Of a stretch of DNA of 64,000 nt, positions 57,087 to 64,000 are shown one piece after another. Source of the DNA: a virus (Duplodnaviria > Heunggongvirae > Uroviricota > Caudoviricetes). The notes below the pieces were generated by a model. It had not been told where the DNA came from. It worked only from the letters and a program-made list of their open reading frames with translations, and did no database searches. The DNA lies in the IMG/VR virus record IMGVR_UViG_3300027766_000002; one strand, written 5' to 3'. Within the stretch, counting starts at the first letter, position 1. Each line of letters opens with the position of its first letter. The position numbers were made by a program, and so were the translations under genes.

Positions 57087-57512
57087 ATGTTTGGTTTGCT
57101 GAAAAAGAAAACCCGTAAAGCAGTAATCGAAGTTAAAAAAATGGAGAACCGCGACGCGGTTGAAGCGACTGTCTGGGGCGGTTACTACATTTCATATTTC
57201 GATGGCGACTGCTCACCAGCAGAAGTCGCTGTGCTTGAAAAGACCATGGCCGCAACTCCTTCATTTGCGCCTTTCGCTGGTGAGATCGCTCAGCTCAGCT
57301 CTAACGTGCGTCAGCAGTTCGAAGCAAGCGCACGCCGCGCAGCTGCCCAGGCTCTTCGTGAGTTAGAAGATATTGCAGGCACCACTGATGCAGTGGACGT
57401 TCTGTGCCTGTGTATCGACATTGCTGACAACGATGGCATTGGCGAAGACGAAATGAAAGCCCTTAAGAAGATTGCTCAGGCACTTCAACTTTCACTCGAT
57501 CCGTACATCTGA
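57087..57512 (+). CDS. TerB-like domain protein (tentative)
   Basis: Preceded by AAAGGAAAAACGCATG. The C-terminal DIADNDGIGEDEMKALKKIAQAL resembles a TerB motif. Confidence 0.35.
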   Translation: MFGLLKKKTRKAVIEVKKMENRDAVEATVWGGYYISYFDGDCSPAEVAVLEKTMAATPSFAPFAGEIAQLSSNVRQQFEASARRAAAQALRELEDIAGTTDAVDVLCLCIDIADNDGIGEDEMKALKKIAQALQLSLDPYI

Positions 57513-57664
57513 TGATCCGAAACCTTCGCCTCGGCGCTGCCGGGTTCTTTGCACTGCTTGCAGTCATGGTGGATTTTGCCAGCCGGTTGATGTCAGTGCT
57601 CACCGATGGCGCATTGCTTGCGGTCGCAGTTGTCATTCTTCTACCACTACTGAAAAAGCAGTAA
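57512..57664 (+). CDS. Small membrane protein (50 aa)
   Basis: TGATG overlap with the upstream stop. Hydrophobic throughout. Followed by a terminator. Confidence 0.3.
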   Translation: MIRNLRLGAAGFFALLAVMVDFASRLMSVLTDGALLAVAVVILLPLLKKQ

Positions 57665-57666
57665 CC

Positions 57667-57693
57667 AAAGGCGTCTTCGGACGCCTTTTTATT
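57667..57693 (+). terminator. Rho-independent terminator (identical hairpin to 28957)
   Basis: aaggcgtcttcggacgcctt followed by TTTTATT. Confidence 0.6.
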
Positions 57694-57811
57694 CGCTCCA
57701 CTCCCCTGCCCAAGCCGAACCAAATTGCTTAGTGGCCTTTTCCGATGGTGGCAATATACACCCATCGAGAAAACAAGTTGTTATCACAAATAAGAAAACA
57801 AGGAAAAGCAC

Positions 57812-58345
57812 ATGTGTATTTTATGCGAATTGAAAAAAGCTGCCGCCAAGCAATCTAAAGAGCGCACCTCTGAAGTCAGCCTCTCAGAAGTGGCCAAACA
57901 TGCTCGTGCGATCGTCGGCAAAGAGAATCTGCATCCAGTGCAAGCTATTGCAGCACTGCAATTCCTGATGCCGGTAATGAAAGACCCAGAGATGATGCTG
58001 GAGTTGCTTATTAAGGCTGACGATGAAGCCCTGGCAAACAAAGCCCCTCGCACTAGTGATAGCACTGTAGGCTCGATCCAACGTGTAGAAGAGCTGGAAA
58101 AAGAAGTCGCACGCCTTAATTCCCAGATCAATCTGCAGGCCACCAATGGAAAGGCAATGGGTGACGCTCTGGCATCGTTAAGCGCGAGCATGAATATCGA
58201 GCTGCCGGTTCTGGATGGGGCAAACCCGCGCTCTACCGTAAAAGCCTTGTCTGCTGTGGCAGACAAACTCGAAAGCCATAAAGCAGGTATTGAGTTCTGG
58301 ATGCGTGAAATTACCAACCGCCACGATCTAAACAAAGTCGCTTAA
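57812..58345 (+). CDS. Hypothetical coiled-coil protein
   Basis: Preceded by AAGGAAAAGCACATG. 177 aa. Confidence 0.5.
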   Translation: MCILCELKKAAAKQSKERTSEVSLSEVAKHARAIVGKENLHPVQAIAALQFLMPVMKDPEMMLELLIKADDEALANKAPRTSDSTVGSIQRVEELEKEVARLNSQINLQATNGKAMGDALASLSASMNIELPVLDGANPRSTVKALSAVADKLESHKAGIEFWMREITNRHDLNKVA

Positions 58346-58399
58346 CCTTTTCTATGGCGCTGCAAAGCGCCTAAACAAATTGTTTATTGAGATAATTAA

Positions 58400-58735
58400 A
58401 TGTCTAAGTTACGCGTTTGGCACGTTCCTCAAGTGCCTATGAAGTCGTTCAAAGTTGAAGTTTCAAGCGTTGAAGAAGCCGTCAAGCTAATGGATACCTT
58501 GGCTCAGTATGATCTCTTTCAGTATGAGAATCAGATCAAGCCAGACTACTGCAACGCTTCGGGCCTGCAGCTGTATGACGAAACCCTCTCCGATGAGGAC
58601 GTCCTTGAAATGGAACTGGATGACAAATGGATCGACTGGTATCACGAGTCAGACCAAGGTTATTGGGATAACCCCCGGCAGTACCTGGAAGAGTACAAAC
58701 AGCCCAGCACCCCAGCAGAACACTCGAAGGTTTAA
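58400..58735 (+). CDS. Hypothetical acidic protein
   Basis: 111 aa ORF. Confidence 0.45.
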   Translation: MSKLRVWHVPQVPMKSFKVEVSSVEEAVKLMDTLAQYDLFQYENQIKPDYCNASGLQLYDETLSDEDVLEMELDDKWIDWYHESDQGYWDNPRQYLEEYKQPSTPAEHSKV

Positions 58736-58737
58736 AT

Positions 58738-59340
58738 ATGGACATCATCATCGACAAAGCTCGCACTTATGCGACCGCTGCTCACGGCGCTGTTGGTCAA
58801 CGCCGCAAGTACACTAACGAGCCGTACATCACCCACCCAACCGCTGTTGCCGAGCTGGTTCGTGCGCATGGCGGAACCAGAGACATGATTGCGGCCGCGT
58901 ATCTTCACGATGTCATTGAAGACACTCAGTTGACCTTTGACGATCTGAAAGAGGCGTTTGGCGAGAGTATTGCCTGGAAGGTTGACGCGTTGACCAATAA
59001 AGCCGGCAAAGAAGATGGCAACCGCGTACAGCGTTTCGTTATCAACTGCCGCGGGCTGATTAATAGCCTCGATGAAGAAACGATGGTGATTAAGCTGTGC
59101 GATCTGCTGCATAACACCTCTTCCATCGTTGAGCATGACCATGGATTCGCTGCGATCTACCTCGCTGAAAAAGAGTTCATGATGGATGAAATCTTCGGCC
59201 TGATGGAAGGCGGTCTGGCCGACATTGTCCGCGCAAAATTAGTCTGGGGCTATGAACAGTTGAGCACCAGCTTCAAGGCGCGCCATTTGAAGCATCTGCG
59301 CACCATCCAGACTGCGTGGAGTGAACAAGATGCAGCATGA
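58738..59340 (+). CDS. SpoT/RelA-like HD-domain hydrolase (small alarmone hydrolase-like)
   Basis: YTNEPYITHPTAVAELV…AAAYLHDVIEDT matches the (p)ppGpp-hydrolase HD signature (…GEPYI.HP..VA…LHDvVEDT). 200 aa, with no synthetase domain. Confidence 0.55.
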   Translation: MDIIIDKARTYATAAHGAVGQRRKYTNEPYITHPTAVAELVRAHGGTRDMIAAAYLHDVIEDTQLTFDDLKEAFGESIAWKVDALTNKAGKEDGNRVQRFVINCRGLINSLDEETMVIKLCDLLHNTSSIVEHDHGFAAIYLAEKEFMMDEIFGLMEGGLADIVRAKLVWGYEQLSTSFKARHLKHLRTIQTAWSEQDAA

Positions 59341-60070
59341 GACCACCAGCACCCTCGATCGCCAGGCATTGATGGAGACGTTTCTAAAGGGTGTTCCAAC
59401 CGAAGAGCTTCTCAACTACGACATTAACAGTTGGTATGCGCACAAAGCGCAAGAGCAAGCCGAGGAAATGCGCGATGAAATGGACTCACCCGCTGGTGGA
59501 CTTTTGAAATTCCTCAGTAGTGGGCCGATGTCAGGTATGGCAGCAATGATGTTCGCCAGGGAGTTTAAGGACACACCGGCCACTAACTATTATGAGCTGG
59601 TGTATCAATTGCCTGAATTGGGGGTTTTCACGGTCACTATCCAACGTAATGATGGAGAGACGCCGGCTCTTCAATTGGCCGCAGCTAAAGACCGTATTGC
59701 CATGCTCGAAGAATCTCAAGCACAGGTGATTCAGGCGCGTGATTTGTACAAGCAGAGCTGGCAGCAGTCATCTCTACAATCGATGTCACGATCATTCCGC
59801 GAGGCAGTAAGAGCTGCGCGCAAGCTGTGGCTGGATGAGAATGATCCAAAGGACGGCACTGACTGCGTCACTCCATTCGACCAGTTTCTATACACGGAAG
59901 TTGTTTCTGGTGAGGGTGTCGATTTGCCAGACCTCTTCGAGCTGATGGAGTGGGCGAAATACCCAGCCTATGGGCGCGATCTCAACTCAGTGGCCAAGGG
60001 TAAGATGTCACGTCTTATTCTGGCCGCAACCGGTTTGGGGGAGGCGTCACTTACAGTAAGCGATCGGTAA
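59330..60070 (+). CDS. Hypothetical protein
   Basis: Its ATG overlaps the upstream TGA. 246 aa. Confidence 0.45.
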   Translation: MQHETTSTLDRQALMETFLKGVPTEELLNYDINSWYAHKAQEQAEEMRDEMDSPAGGLLKFLSSGPMSGMAAMMFAREFKDTPATNYYELVYQLPELGVFTVTIQRNDGETPALQLAAAKDRIAMLEESQAQVIQARDLYKQSWQQSSLQSMSRSFREAVRAARKLWLDENDPKDGTDCVTPFDQFLYTEVVSGEGVDLPDLFELMEWAKYPAYGRDLNSVAKGKMSRLILAATGLGEASLTVSDR

Positions 60071-61378
60071 TTCTTTCAGACATGTGGTGTAGCGCGGGGA
60101 AAGCATCTCGCGCTTCATCTGCCATTGGTTATCAACCCCCTGCCCTGCGAACCAAACCTTTCCCAACCCTGTTTTATTAATCTTGTCGATGACACCCATC
60201 AGCTCATCTGCTTTGGCGCGCGGCTGATGTTCGCTAAACATATCGAGCTGAGCGACACCGCTCTGGAAGAAGTCGCCGAGCATTATCCCTGCGCGCGCGT
60301 AGCGATAGCCGTCACGCCAGATACCTTTCAGACACTGCATGGCAAACGCTACAATGTCACGCGTGTCGGCGGTCGGATATTCGCAGGTAATCGAAGCACT
60401 GTTGCCATATTGAAGCTCATTGGCGTAGCGGCTTGTTGCTATGAACACGGTGACAAGCCGGCAACGTGATTTTTGCTCTCTCAACTTCTCCGACGCGCGT
60501 ACGGCATAAGTGCAAACGGCATGTTCCATGTCCTCCAGCTTTTCAACGCGTTGCCCAAAGGATTTGGAGGTGACGATCTGCTGCTTTGGTGGCGGCTGCT
60601 CTTCAAGTGGGATGCACGATTCACCATTCAGCTCACGCACGGTGCGTTCAAGCACTACACCAAAATTTTTGCGGATCATTGTCGTGTTGGCCTGTGCCAG
60701 CTGAAGTGCTGTTTCAATACCCATCTGGTTTAGCCTCTTAGTTAATCGGCCCCCAACACCCCAGACATCACTTACACCGACCAGAGCCATCAGTTTGCGC
60801 TGTCGCACCGGGCTGGATAAGTCCAGCACCCCGTTTGTTTTTGACCATTTTTTGGCAGCGTGATTTGCCAGTTTTGCCAAAGTTTTACTTTGCGCAAACC
60901 CTACACCTACGGTGAGAAATGTCTCCTGTTTTATTCGATTTCGAAGCTGGTGGCCGAACTCTTCAAGGGGCATGTAACCAGAAATTCCCGATACATCGAG
61001 GAAACTTTCGTCAATGCTGTAAATTTCTTGGCCTGGCGCCATCTCCCCCATGATAGTCATCATTCGCTTGCTCATGTCAGCATAGAGGGCATAATTACTT
61101 GAAAAGACCACTACGCCCTTCTCTTCAAAGAAACGCTCGTTTTTGAATAGTGGATCGCCCATTTTTATGCCTAATTTCTTTGCTTCAGCAGATCTAGCAA
61201 CGATGCAGCCGTCGTTGTTAGAACAGACGATGACTGGTTTTCCTCGCAGATCAGGTCGGAAAATTGTCTCACAAGAGGCGTAAAATGAATTAGCATCGAC
61301 GAGGGCAAACATCTGGCTACTCTCTAAAATTACTGTACGCATATACAGTATAATAGATCGGCCTTTTCGATTAGCCAA
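60047..61378 (-). CDS. umuC: Y-family translesion DNA polymerase UmuC
   Basis: MFALVDANSFYASCETIFRPDLRGKPVIVCSNNDGCIVARSAEAKKLGIKMGDP is near-identical to the E. coli UmuC N-terminus. Confidence 0.85.
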   Translation of the reverse strand: MANRKGRSIILYMRTVILESSQMFALVDANSFYASCETIFRPDLRGKPVIVCSNNDGCIVARSAEAKKLGIKMGDPLFKNERFFEEKGVVVFSSNYALYADMSKRMMTIMGEMAPGQEIYSIDESFLDVSGISGYMPLEEFGHQLRNRIKQETFLTVGVGFAQSKTLAKLANHAAKKWSKTNGVLDLSSPVRQRKLMALVGVSDVWGVGGRLTKRLNQMGIETALQLAQANTTMIRKNFGVVLERTVRELNGESCIPLEEQPPPKQQIVTSKSFGQRVEKLEDMEHAVCTYAVRASEKLREQKSRCRLVTVFIATSRYANELQYGNSASITCEYPTADTRDIVAFAMQCLKGIWRDGYRYARAGIMLGDFFQSGVAQLDMFSEHQPRAKADELMGVIDKINKTGLGKVWFAGQGVDNQWQMKREMLSPRYTTCLKELPIAYCK

Positions 61379-61404
61379 ATGGAAAGGGGCGATCCGCCCC
61401 TTTG

Positions 61405-62055
61405 TTAGTAGTTGGTAAATTGAGCATATGGAACCCTAAGCCCACCGCGAACGCCAAATGACTGCGCATATGTTGGCTGCTTTTTGCTGACGTATCGGCA
61501 TTGGATTTGAGTCCCTGTCCACTTGGTAATAAGCCCAGAGTAACCCACAACCGCGCCATCGTCAGATATGTTCCCAGGCAACGCATTCATTAAAATCCAT
61601 GGGTTAAAGTTGACATTAAAGGACACGGTGGATGAATCCACCGGTGAGTTGGCAGGAAGGTCAATAAAGCCTCTGATGCGCGGCGCAAGCTCTGCGCTTT
61701 TTGCACTCCATACCAGTTGTCCTCTAGCGTTCAAAACATCCAGATAACCACTCTGGATCGCAACGTTTCGGCTGGTTCTAATAATGCGACCACTATTGTT
61801 CTGAAAGCACCAGCCGCCAGGCATCGCGAACGCACCGGGATTTAACTGATACCAATAGAGATACCCAGGTTGTGGCCAACTGTTATTTGGTAAAAAGCCA
61901 AAAGGATAGTCACCGCCAAATGGGTTTTTGACTTGGTAATAGCCTATGTCAGTTAGGCCAGTAATATTTCTGATGTCTGAAAAAAGTGTGGTTCTATTGT
62001 CAGAATCGACCATGACCGCGCCAGCATCGTTGAATAACTCAAATCCATATGACAT
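61405..62055 (-). CDS. Hypothetical protein (paralogue of the next ORF)
   Basis: AGGAGA Shine-Dalgarno. 216 aa. Its N-terminus MSYGFELFNDAGAVMVDSDN parallels MAFGLQCWDGSGRLVVDLSD of the next ORF. Confidence 0.45.
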   Translation of the reverse strand: MSYGFELFNDAGAVMVDSDNRTTLFSDIRNITGLTDIGYYQVKNPFGGDYPFGFLPNNSWPQPGYLYWYQLNPGAFAMPGGWCFQNNSGRIIRTSRNVAIQSGYLDVLNARGQLVWSAKSAELAPRIRGFIDLPANSPVDSSTVSFNVNFNPWILMNALPGNISDDGAVVGYSGLITKWTGTQIQCRYVSKKQPTYAQSFGVRGGLRVPYAQFTNY

Positions 62056-62064
62056 GTGATCTCC

Positions 62065-62361
62065 TTATGCGTACCGGTACACTTCAACCGTGAACGTCTC
62101 AGGCGAGTTGTAGCCATTCATCTGGTACAAAGTGAAACTGTTTGTGCCTGTGACGCAATAACAATCTACGAACCCTCCGAACGAGTTGTGCGTGATGATA
62201 GCGAATGAATTTGAAGCATTGATCCCTGGTACAGATTGGGTAAATGATCTAGCCCCTGATGCCATTTTTGCAGTGTATGTGCCAATAAAACGGCAATTGT
62301 AATCGCTAAGATCGACGACAAGCCTGCCGCTCCCATCCCAGCACTGAAGCCCGAAAGCCAT
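62065..62361 (-). CDS. Hypothetical protein (98 aa; internal start of the listed ORF 62065..62466)
   Basis: AAGGA Shine-Dalgarno 8 nt before the ATG at 62361. Its N-terminus is paralogous to that of 61405..62055. Confidence 0.4.
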   Translation of the reverse strand: MAFGLQCWDGSGRLVVDLSDYNCRFIGTYTAKMASGARSFTQSVPGINASNSFAIITHNSFGGFVDCYCVTGTNSFTLYQMNGYNSPETFTVEVYRYA

Positions 62362-62496
62362 GGTTAAAATCCTTTTCAACCGTTGAAAGTGTTGACATTT
62401 TACAATTAGCATAACGCCGTAAACAAATTGTTTTATGCCGTGTCTTATATGGAATAATAACACCAATAAGAAAACAAATTGTTTAATGGTGGAATT

Positions 62497-64000
62497 ATGA
62501 CTACAGCGCTTTCAATTATCGAAGCTACATCCCCTGGAAGTGACATCGCATTCCGCAAGGAATTAGCGATCATCAATAACATTGTGGCCGAGTGCGACAA
62601 AGAGATCGCTCTGATGCACGAGGTTCATGATTACGTGTATGGGGATGACCGGTATCAGATGATTAATCGACTGTTAGAGCTGAACCACCAGCCAGATTGC
62701 AGCGCGCGCCCCGGCAGCACCCTTTCCAAAGTTAACTTGCAGCATGTGAAGGAAAACATTCACGCCCGTTATTGGCAGCGAGTGACGGAAATGACGAACG
62801 TTCTGATGATCATGCCAGCTGCGCGCCGCGAGGAATGGCGTGAGCAATTCATCTACGGGAAGATGGAGGTGTCCGAGGAACGTAAAACGGGAATGTTCAA
62901 GGACACTTACCGTGTTAAGAAATATGTGGGCGTTCCAGAGTTCACCCTTAACACTGTTGTGCCAACCATGGTGTCGTTGCTCAACGACCGGCACAAATAT
63001 CTGGTTGAGCGTGTGCATGGGCTATTCAAGGCGCTGAGTCCGAACCACAAAACGAACAAGGTCTTTGGCTTCTCGGAAAAGATGATCATCTCCTATGTTT
63101 TTACCGACTACTGGAATGACAGCGTTTCAATCAACCACCGTAAAGAAGATGTGCTCGACGACCTGCGAGTGATGCTTCACTTCTTCGCGCATCAGGAAAT
63201 TACTGAGGTGGCGCCGTCACGTCATGTCTTCAGCGCGCTTTACCGTGACAATAAAGAAATGAACACTTGGTACAGCATCGATGGCAATCTGATGCGCGTG
63301 AAGATGTTCAAAAATGGGAACCTACACATTCAGGTACACCCAGACGTGGCCTGGAAACTCAATGAAGTTCTGGCGGTGGCCATGCCAGCCTCAATCCCAT
63401 CTGAATTGCGTAAGCCACCTGCCAAGAGCGCCCCGCCCAAAGAGTTTGGGCATGTTCATACGGAAGTTAGCAGCCAGGCCAGAAGAGCGTTATCAACGAT
63501 GAGTAATCGTTACGGCAGTTGGTCGTACAGTCATCATGGCTTGTCAAAATCAGAGATAGAGAAGGCTGATGCTGTCATCAAGCGGATCGGCGGCGTCCAG
63601 ACCAGCAGTCATTGCTTTAAATTTCCATATGAGCCTGGCAACATCATTAGCATGATCATGGCCACCGGTCAGATACCGGATGTAGTTGCCCACCAGTTCT
63701 ACCCTACCCCAAAAACAATCGCGGATTATGTTGCGGCGGCGCTCAATATGAAGCCAGGCGAGACACTGCTTGAGCCTTCAGCTGGTCGAGGTGATTTGTT
63801 GGCGTCCGTTCCGTTGGCAAGCGAGTTCGCGACCTGCGTCGAAGTGGCTACGTTGTTTGCTGAAATCTTAAAAGAGAAAGGCTACCAAGATGTGCATAAC
63901 GCCGACTTCATTGACTGGTCGAAAGACTATGCCCAGATGAAGTTCGACAAGATCGCCATGAATCCGCCGTACTCCGAAGGCCGTGCCAAAACTCACACAC
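62497..64000 (+). CDS. Large protein with a C-terminal N6-adenine methyltransferase-like domain; 3'-partial, runs off the window
   Basis: Open frame from the ATG at 62497 to the window end, which is why it is absent from the complete-ORF track. HQFYPTP…EPSAGRGDL…IAMNPPYS motifs. Confidence 0.5.
   Translation, partial: MTTALSIIEATSPGSDIAFRKELAIINNIVAECDKEIALMHEVHDYVYGDDRYQMINRLLELNHQPDCSARPGSTLSKVNLQHVKENIHARYWQRVTEMTNVLMIMPAARREEWREQFIYGKMEVSEERKTGMFKDTYRVKKYVGVPEFTLNTVVPTMVSLLNDRHKYLVERVHGLFKALSPNHKTNKVFGFSEKMIISYVFTDYWNDSVSINHRKEDVLDDLRVMLHFFAHQEITEVAPSRHVFSALYRDNKEMNTWYSIDGNLMRVKMFKNGNLHIQVHPDVAWKLNEVLAVAMPASIPSELRKPPAKSAPPKEFGHVHTEVSSQARRALSTMSNRYGSWSYSHHGLSKSEIEKADAVIKRIGGVQTSSHCFKFPYEPGNIISMIMATGQIPDVVAHQFYPTPKTIADYVAAALNMKPGETLLEPSAGRGDLLASVPLASEFATCVEVATLFAEILKEKGYQDVHNADFIDWSKDYAQMKFDKIAMNPPYSEGRAKTHT

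Noticed and set aside
1-64000. tRNA or rRNA genes
   Set aside because: No cloverleaf-compatible segment with GTTCGAATC-type T-loop was seen in the intergenic regions. The structured regions do not fit tRNA geometry.

Overview
This 64 kb window reads as the DNA-replication, nucleotide-metabolism and plasmid-maintenance region of a large enterobacterial phage or phage-plasmid, with gene content resembling SSU5/pHCM2-like elements. That assignment is an inference from gene content only. Almost all genes lie on the + strand. At the 5' end are a ParA C-terminus and a small putative centromere-binding protein. Further in, a Rep_3-type RepA gene is flanked by iteron arrays, and a tyrosine recombinase sits beside a candidate palindromic core site, convergent with an XRE-family regulator. 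The replication module comprises a DnaB-like helicase, DnaG-like primase, ATP-dependent DNA ligase, a DnaE-type polymerase III alpha subunit (split into two in-frame ORFs), a DnaQ-like exonuclease, a gp32-like SSB, a RecA/UvsX-family recombinase, a 5'-3' exonuclease, SbcCD and a RuvC-like resolvase. The nucleotide-metabolism set comprises class Ia NrdA/NrdB (very close to the enterobacterial proteins), glutaredoxin, thymidylate synthase, DHFR, a P-loop kinase, a MazG-like protein and a SpoT-like HD hydrolase. Also present are a CobT-like vWA protein with a CobS-like AAA+ partner, an orphan Dam-type methyltransferase, UmuC without UmuD, and a 3'-truncated methyltransferase-like ORF at the window end. 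Three families of recurrent intergenic motifs stand out. The first is a conserved translation-initiation region, AAGGAAAARCACATG, in front of about 18 genes. The second is a ~25 bp palindrome, GATAGGTAG-N4-6-CTACCTATC, upstream of many genes. The third is an AAACAAnTTGTTT palindrome. Accessory-looking AT-rich insertions and minus-strand islands, several structured non-coding stretches, and many rho-independent terminators are also present. No tRNA, rRNA or CRISPR array was recognised.
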